NCBI RefSeq assembly: GCF_009914755.1
Contig: NC_060925.1
Source: the human T2T-CHM13v2.0 reference genome, Homo sapiens
DNA: 64,000 bases
Direction: 5' to 3' (one strand)
The translations under genes were made by a program, and so were the position numbers. The notes beneath the pieces are model-generated. The model was given only the letters and a program-made list of their open reading frames with translations, was not told where the DNA came from and made no database searches. This document shows, piece after piece, positions 54,834 through 64,000 of the stretch (the first letter of the stretch is position 1; each line of letters starts with the position of its first letter).

Positions 54834-55278
54834 GTTTCCTGGGGCTGTCATGACAAACAACAGTAATTTATTCTCTCACATTTCTGGAGGCTAGAAGTCT
54901 GAAATCAAGGAACCAGTAGAACTGTACTCCCTCTGAAGGCTCTAAGGGAGAATCCTTCCTTGCCCCTTCCTAGCTTCCAGTGGTTGCTGGCACTTCTTGG
55001 CATCCCTTGGCTGCAGCTGCAGCTCTCCAGTGGCTTCTACATCATCACATGGTGTTCTCCCTGTGTGTATTCACATTGTCTTCCCTCTGCACACATATGT
55101 CTTCTCCATTTCTCCACTTACAAGGACATCAGTCATGGGATGAGAGCCCACCCTAATCTGGTAGGACCTCAGCTTAACTCATTTAATTATATCTGCAATG
55201 ATTCTATTTCCAAATAAGGTCATATCTGATGGTCCAGGTGGACATAAATTTTGGGGAGACACTACTCACCCAATACAA
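54834..55278 (-). mobile_element. MLT1B-like LTR
   Basis: tttattctctcacatttctggaggctagaagtctgaaatcaagg...ggggagacact. Confidence 0.8.
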
Positions 55279-56292
55279 TGTTCTTATTTCTTATGATTGT
55301 GGTTTTAACTATCTTTATTTTGCTCCACCCACATAGTGAATTTGTACATGCATCCAGCCAGCCAGCAATCATTTAACCTATTTCTTAAAATAGGTACAGG
55401 GTGAGAGTGATAGTTCTAATTTACTTGTCAGAACAATCTAGAGAACCATTCGGATTCAGGCACTTTAAGAGGGAGGTGAAGTGGGACAAATACAGAGGAA
55501 AGAAACCAGGATTGTAAAATCGTTATCACTCTGGCCACAGTTGAGGGAACTGTTAGGATGGCTAAGAAAATCTCAGGTGTGCATATGGGTCATGGGGTGG
55601 GTGAGAGATAAGAGCATGAGAACACTCTTCTAATACTTGAAGGCTTCCAGCCACAGGAGTCTGGGTTTGGTTTTTTTTTGTCTCCACTATAAGAATCACA
55701 ACCCGGTGGGTAGAAGCTACAGAGATTTAGATTTTAACTCTGTTAACAGAAGAACTTTAAAAACTAGAATTTTCTAAAGACCTAACTAGGGTTGGATGAC
55801 CCTGGTATGTGTATTTGTGCAATTTTCAGCCTTTAAGCTGCCACAGCTGCTAAGAGATGCCTTATATGCTGGAAGGGCTAGAGGGCTAGAGGGAGCCTAG
55901 AAGAGAAGGGGGATTGTTAATGGATTTTATTACTTGCTGAACACTCCAAACTAGTCACTAGACAGAAATTGCTGTTTAAAAATTATAGGAACACATATTA
56001 TAAAATTGTTTTGCACAAACTTGCAATGTTTATCAATAAAAACCACAGTGATTTGCATAAAATTAAGTGACTTTTATGAGCAGATACTGTGCTGGGGCCT
56101 AACAATGCAAGATTGAAAAAAATGTGGGCTTCAAACCAAGGGGCTCACAGTATAGTAAAAGAGATATAACATCAAATACAGGCAAACAGCTATAACAATA
56201 TAGGAATTAGGCATGCAATAAATATTTGAAGAATGAATGATTGAGTGATTTTCTTCAGAGAATATTTTTGTTGTTTTTAAACATTGACTTAG

Positions 56293-56382
56293 TAGGGTAA
56301 GCAACTGTCCTAATTGGCCTGGGACTGAGAGGTTTCTCGGGATATGGTACTTCCCAAGCAAACTGAAATGAGTTGGTCATGC
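56293..56382. mobile_element. MER96-like hAT fragment
   Basis: tagggtaagcaactgtcc...gggactgag...gagttggtcatgct. Confidence 0.5.
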
Positions 56383-56607
56383 TGATTTACAGGCTTTTAA
56401 AGAAGGAAGGAAGATGTAAAAGCAATTATTGTAACAGAAGCAACAGCAGTTATGGGAGCAGACACAGGAGGCAAGAGTATTGTTTTTAAAGGGGAACAAG
56501 GGCAAGCCTCCAAATTTCATTAGAGAAGGGATGACATCAGTCATGTTCACCACTATATCCCCAACAGTGTTTGGCACATAGTTGGAATTCAATCTATATT
56601 AGTCAAA

Positions 56608-56955
56608 TACAGTGATGGGCTGCATAATGATGTTTTGGTCAACTACTAACCATATATATGACACTGGTCCCATAATATTATAATACTGTATTTTCACTGT
56701 TTCTTTTGTATGTTTAGATATGTTCAAATAGAAAAATACTTACCATTGTGTTACAGTTACCTACAGTAGTTAGTACAGTAACATGCTTTACAGGTTTGTA
56801 GCCTAGGAGCAATAGGCTATACCATATAGCCTACATGTGTAGTGGGCTATACTGTCTAGGTTTGTGTTAAGAACACTCTATGATCACACAACGATGAAAC
56901 TGCCTAAGAATGCATTTCTTAGAACTTATCCCCATTGTTAAGTGATGCATAACTA
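56608..56955. mobile_element. Tigger3/MER7-like Tc1-mariner DNA transposon
   Basis: cataatgatgttttggtcaac...caggtttgtagcctaggagcaataggctataccatatagcc...cccattgttaagtgatgcat. Confidence 0.85.
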
Positions 56956-59900
56956 CATGAACTACATAAGCCAAAAAGCATTGAGCTGGGCCTTGAAGGC
57001 TACATAGCATTTTGACCCAGGAGAAAGGAATATGTGATGAAAGAATGCAAAAATAGAGAACTTGGATATAGTAATTGATAAATATGATGTTTAATGGAAT
57101 CTAGTCTTTTCCTATGTCTTTAAATATTTTTCTTGGGAAAAGTCCTTGAAACAGTAAGTCTATTCTATTTTCCCCACTCTTCTTTCTATCCTGAAAAACT
57201 TCATCCACCCCACTTTTTGCTTCCCTCCCTTTTATCTGTTGGAAGAGATTTTACTTTTTGTAGAAAGGATGCCAGTAGAATCTCTTTCAGGACAAGCCGA
57301 AGTAGCAAATAAACTGTCCAGGAAAACAATGTGCTTTGAAATAGGAGACGGGAGTTGGGAGAGAAAGATTTGGCCAAAGAAGGGCAAGTAGTCTGGAATG
57401 TGTAAAACAGCATGAGAGAAGGAATAAGAGAAAGGGTGTTAAGGCCGGGGAAGGCTCTTGGGCCTTCATGGTGAAGGGCCCAGTTGCCAAATCCCAATGC
57501 ACTGTGTACTAACCTCCCCTGGGGCACATGGGTGTTTCTTGCTGATTCTCTTTATAGGGGACAAAATGTGAGCATTGCTCCTATAAGTGAAAGAGAAACA
57601 AAGGGGAAGAAGACTTTATCTACCAACTAGTATGTCCCAGGTACTGTTGGGCATCTTTATTATATGCGCAATCACATACACAAATTTGAAAGAAGATATT
57701 ATTATCCTCATTATACAAATGAAGAGGCAGAGAAATAAAGAGATGCAGTGATTGCCCAAGATGTTAACTAGTGGCTGGTCAAAGTTAGATTTGAATTCAG
57801 GTCTGTCTCGCATTATAACGGTGGTTTCCAACTTTCCATCTTTTTTTTTACAGCTCTGCTGATGAAAGACAAAACTTTCCTAGCTCCCTCCTTCTCACTT
57901 CCTACCTCTTCTCAACACCATTGGAGTTTTCTGCACCAAATGCACCCAACATTTCCTTCCAGAACACCCTCTCCTTGCTACAACAAGTCAAGATTTTAGC
58001 ATCTCTTTTACATTAAATATACATATTATTTTGACCTGAACAAAGCCCAAACTTTGTGATAGCCTCTATTTTTTATTACTTCTCAGGAATATTTATAGCA
58101 AGTGTTACTGTACTATGAAGATGTGCTTCTTAAAAGGGCATAGTTACCTACAGTAGAAAGGTATGAGAATCTTATGAGCCCAAGTAGCCCAACAGCCTCT
58201 CTCTTAGTGCTTATAGCCATGATCTATTAGCAGAAAAATAAGAGAACCTAAATTCTAGGTTCTCATTATAGAGAGAAAAATAGGAAAACCTAGATTCTAG
58301 TCCAGGCTCTTCCATTTGCTAGCTGTGTGACCTAAGTCCCTTTACTTCTTTGAACCTCAGTTAGATTATCTGTAAAATGAACGAATTACACTTTCTTTGC
58401 TCACCTCAGAAAACTATATTGAGTGATCACCTTGAGTGAAGTAATAAACCATAAATCAGAAATTATAAGACAAATGAAGGATGTTAACTTTAAATCAATC
58501 CTTTGTGGAAAAAAGGGCATAAATAAAATATGAGATATTATTTTTATTTCTTGGTAGTAAGTTCAAGTATAAACATAAAGTCAACCTAGCTTAAGCCAAA
58601 AAGGAGACATTGTTTGCTCAGATAAATTGTGAGAAGGGTAGGGGTGGATCGGAATTGGCCAGATCCGAGTCTCCAGCACTTACGGGGCACCATCCCTGCC
58701 TGTTACCTCTGCCTTCCTGCATATTGGAATTGTTCTCTTCTCTTCATGAGTTCCTTACATGGGATGAGCATGTGATTGCCAAAGCTCCAGGCTTGCCTTC
58801 CAGCTTTTGTAGTGTCTTTTTTAATTTGTAAAATATAACTTATGTATGGAATACATAGAATAGTGTATAATAATATATGTAAAGTTTAGGCTTCCATTTT
58901 TACAGCTTGCGATCAGAGAGAGAAGAAATTTTCTTCCTACAGCTCGGGGTAGAAAAGTCCCATGGAAATCCTTTGATTGGCCTGGCTTGGGACATGTGCA
59001 TGCCTTAAATAGATCTCCCTGGCTAAGAGTGGGTATTACCATTGACCCACCTTGGGTCTCAGGTCCACCTACTGTGGCCAAGGGGTGGAGAAAGGACAGA
59101 CAAGGCCAGGCCCATTTGTATTCATAGCCAACAATGGAATTTAAACAATAAAATATATGTGATGGGGATGCTTCTGTAGGCTTCTGTTTCTTCCAGGATG
59201 CTCCAGCTCTGGAGATGCAGGCCTGCCTGGGTGTGTAATGGGGGACCTTGCACTGCTTACACTTGGGAAATCTTGCCAGGTTTTGCTCAGTTGAAGTTTG
59301 GCTAGGCATAATATCTAGAATAAGCACCTACTTACATTGTCAGACTTAGTACAGAGAATGCAGTAAAATGAATTGGCTCATGGGTGATCTCTGATCCAGA
59401 CCCGATACTTCTTACTGCAGCAGGGGAGGCAGAAACTGAGTAAGCATCTGTGCTACAAAAGAGAAGTATGAGCATCCAGCAGCACATAACAGAGGCCCAA
59501 GAATGCACTGATATCATCTCAGTGAAGTGTTATGGTTGGGGGAAGGCCTTTTAGGTAGAGGGATTAGCATGCGCAACAGTCTGGGGTTGGAAAGAGCATG
59601 CTGGGGGAAGTAAAAGAGGGCCAGTGTGTCCTCATATAGAGAACTAGGGGTAGAAGGGAGGCAGGGTCCAGATTAGGCATCTCAAGGAATATTCAAATGC
59701 CAGGCCCACAATGTATGCTTACCAGTGCCCTCTCTCCATCTTTGGCCAGAATGGGCCTGTGACCATTACAGGAGTTCTGTGGCCCAGCTCCTGACCCCAC
59801 CATATCCTGTCATGATGTTGTCATCCTCTTTAATAGCAAAATTTAGCAATGGAAGGAGCTTCAGCAGTTGGGAAACAGTTGCAAGGATATTTCCCCCTTT

Positions 59901-62900
59901 CAAAAGAGCTAAGTCCTGCTGCTAATAATAATTATTATTAATGCTAATCATCACATTAGATACCTCTCTTGCCACAGAGCACGTCAAACCTTCAAAGCTC
60001 CCAGGAGCAATAATTACCCCTCCCTGATCCCCTATGAAACAGGTAAGTAGGGGTCTGAGTACGGGATAAGGAGCCACAAAGTCTTCAAAATTAGACTTTT
60101 TCTCTTTGTGGAGCAGAAAAAGAAAGGTACACTACAAAGCACCCCCCACCCCCAGCTCCCGACTGTAAAAGTGGAGGCAGGAAGGGTAGGGAGGGAATTG
60201 TGGCTTCACAGGTGTGTTGAGAAGCCTAATTAGAAGGTTCAACGTGCACTTTCATGAGGAAAAGGGCTGCTGAGTGCCTATTCTCCAGACTTCAAATGCC
60301 CCTTTTGGCAGACAGCATCAGGGGCAAGGCAGCCAGTGCTGAGACAGAGGGGATGGGGACCACAAACTCTTCCCATGAGATGGCACTTGTCTGGCTTACA
60401 GAAGGCTGAGCCAGGCCAAACTGCCTGGATCTCTTAGGCGTGATGCTGCTGAGACATGGGGGACCAAACCCTGATGCCGTCCAGGTCTTATCTCCTCATG
60501 TGATGAAATGCTTTATGGGACCAGGAGCTGTTAGGTCTTTGGTGGCTCAGAAAACCTTCCCAGGGTTTTGCTTTAGTTCAAACAGGACTTCTGGTTTGGT
60601 TTTATGCTCTCACCCTCTGCTCCTTCCTCAAATGCATCTATTCTGCATTCACTGTGGGATGGGCCCTATGCCAGGCACTAGGGATACAAGGATGGAGAAA
60701 GATTGTCCCCAACCTCATGGTTTGTGGGGAAATGAAAGCACAAATTGACAATTACAGTTCAGGGTGGTATGCTTTGAAAGAGGGAAGCACAGGGATTGTG
60801 GGAACCCAGAGGAACAGCATTTATGCAGGTTGGGGGAGACAGGGAATACCTCCTAGAGGGCTGAGTCAGCCTATCCAAGCTCTTCCCATTAAGCCCAATT
60901 ATCCTCCAGGAAAGAAGTTTTTCCTACACATGCCTACCCTCCAGCCACTGTGCACCATGGCCTCTTCTCATTGAATCCTACATACCTGCACCAATCCTAC
61001 GGCACTTCCAACCAGCTCTTGTGTTTTCAGACATCTCTTTAGGCATGAAGTTTAATATTCTGAATGACAGAATTAATATCAGTAATGAAAATCCTTTACA
61101 TTTGTATAGTGCTTTGCAATTTACAAAGTACATTCACATCCATGACCTCAGAGAGCTCAGAGAGTTTAAGGGGTCGATCAGGTAAGCCTGTTCATTGCAC
61201 CCACCTGTCTGCCTATCAGTCCTGTGCTTTCTCTCATATTCCTGCTGCAGGCAGGCAAGGGGGAAAAGAATGAATATGTAGGGCATGCCTGCTGTTTACC
61301 TACTAAATGCTTCACATGGATCATCTCATTTAACCTTCACACCAATCCACTGAGGGTTGCATCATACGATCCCCCTCTTATAGACAGGAAACTGAAGCTC
61401 CAAGAGGTCAAGTTATTTGTCCAATGTCCCACAGTTCATAGGGGATGGAGCTGGGATTTCTCCTAACATGGGCTTAACTCCCAGCCTGTTCACTCTTGGC
61501 TACACAATGCTACTTGGTATTTATCTCTCAATGCCAGGTATATAGTACAGCTTAGTAGAGTTGTGGAGGTCTGACTTATTTATTTGTCTTCCTATCTTTC
61601 TGCCTACCTTTTTGTTCTTGAAGTAGGCATGCAGCGGTGAGGAAGCGGAGCTTTGTCCCTGGCATACTGGCCCTATAGGCACTAAAGAAACACTGGTCTG
61701 TGACTGGGCCCCTATTCTCTTTTGCTACCTGGAATGTCGCCGGTAAGAAGCAGAATGTTAAGATGTTGAAACATTGACTGTATAAGATGGATAGTTCCTT
61801 CCTGTCCCCAACCTGTAAAGGCCTGAATGTCATTGGAGGCAGCTGCCCAACAAACCTGGAATAGCACTGCCCTCCGGAATATCCTCTCCCTTGGACAGGA
61901 CTAGGGACGTGCGGTCCAGGCCTTTCTCTTGGGCCCCTCTTTCACCTACCTCCTTGCACATCAGAGCTCTTGGATCTATCTCATGACCTCTGTGTCTCTC
62001 AGAGGTCATAGTTTGCTTTCTTATTACCAGTGGATCCTCTGGTTGTCTTCATCCAACACCCACCTCCTGGGCCAGGCACCTGTGGATCTCTGGGGTGCAG
62101 AGTTGAACACAGCCTCTTCTCTGAGGCATTCCCAGGTTGGGGGCATTGAACCAGGGTAGAAAGGGTGGATGGAAGGAAGTCCAGAGGCTTGTGGAAGCAT
62201 GGAGGAGGAGCACACAGGCAGTTAGGAAAGACTTCAGAGGGTGTAGTCAATGGGTTTGGTTTTAAAGGATGCACAAGGATTTTACAGGCAAAGAGATTGG
62301 TGGTGGGAATTCCACCCAGAGGGATTTTTATCCCTCTTCAGTACTTGTGACTCTGAGGGACCACACAGGTGTGTGCATGGGTTCTGCAGGACAGCCTCTA
62401 GAGGTGGGAAGAGCTCACATGCTGTTTGTGTGGCTTGGTTCCTCAGTCATGATCATCTCTGTCCCCTTGACATGTCATGGTTCCTAGCTACCTTCTTGTT
62501 TTTGAGCATTTTTGCTGAACTTGTTCCATTTTGTCAGCATCTTTCAGAAAGTAGGAGTTAGCATGGTGCTTAAGAGAATGGTCTTCAGCACTACACTAGA
62601 CCTCAGTTTGAATCCTGGCTTTGCCACTTATTAGCTAGGAAGTTAGACAAGTTTCTCTGAGCCTCAGTTTCTTTATGCATAAAATGGAAAGGCCATAATG
62701 CCCCACTGGCCTTTGGGGGGTTTAAATCAGATCGTGAATGTGAAAGATTGACACTCATTCTGGCACAAAGCAAGTGGTCAGTAAACATCTTCTGAGGCCA
62801 TATTCAAAGTGTGGGACCAGAACTGAATGCAAGTCAACTTGGGGGAGGCTGGCCAGAGCTGGACTCTTGCCTCATGGCCCTGACACTGGCCTTCTCATGC

Positions 62901-63465
62901 ATGCAAGGATCACGGTGGCCCTTTTGGCAGACTCACCCTCTGCCGACTCACTCCAGGTTGCTTGGTCCCTTTGACTTCCTTCTCAAGGGCTGCACTGCTA
63001 AGTCACCTCTCCCCAACCATTTCCTGGAGCTGGTGGTGTGGTGGAGCCTTATCCAGGGCCTGACATTTCGGCTTGTGAAATTCCACTGTGGGTACATTTA
63101 GCCCATCCTTCAAGCCTGTCTTGAATCTTGGTCCTGCCTCCTAGTATTTGCTAGCTTGTTTCCTAACAGGATTTCCTCCCAGGCCAATCCATCTAACAGG
63201 CTCTGGCCAGAGAAGCTTTTCAAAAATGCTGTTTTCCTCATATTCCTCTCCTGTTCAAAATCCTTCCATGGCTATTGAATGGATAAAGTTAACACTCTTT
63301 AGCCTGGCACATGAGACTCTTTATGATCCACCACCAACCTTCTCTTTGGACTGTTTTATTTTTTCCTGCCCAAATAGGGGTGTAATCATTTCTATATTTG
63401 AGGATTTTTGAGAGGATTAAGTGAGTTCATACTGGAAAAGTACTTAGAACATGACTTTTAAGAGC

Positions 63466-64000
<535 letters not shown>

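Overview
Primate (almost certainly human) genomic DNA containing the JUN proto-oncogene locus. The only credible protein-coding gene is the intronless JUN on the minus strand: CDS 9515->8520 (331 aa), TSS ~10492, a 977-nt 5'UTR with no AUG, and a ~1.3-kb 3'UTR ending near 7236. It sits in a large CpG island with the classical jun1/MEF2/CCAAT/Sp1/NF-jun/jun2 promoter elements. A divergent plus-strand promoter at ~11.55-11.75 kb fits the known lncRNA JUN-DT/LINC01135, and the remaining ~52 kb is probably its intronic/enhancer territory. That region is dense in Alu, L1, MaLR LTR, MIR/L2 and DNA-transposon relics and contains an orphan CpG-island cluster at ~40.7-43.1 kb. The other ORFs in the track are best explained as GC-rich, repeat-derived or low-complexity artefacts. 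I found no new multi-gene system. The best leads are: an in-frame CUG/GUG N-terminal extension of c-Jun; splice-signal-like motifs in the intronless leader; a near full-length ancient MLT1 provirus; a local ~150-bp sequence copied into an LTR relic; an inverted L1PA pair; a MIR carrying paired AP-1/ARE sites; and a well-formed candidate 65-nt exon at 59978-60042. Repeat subfamily calls are by eye and their boundaries are approximate unless TSDs are given.
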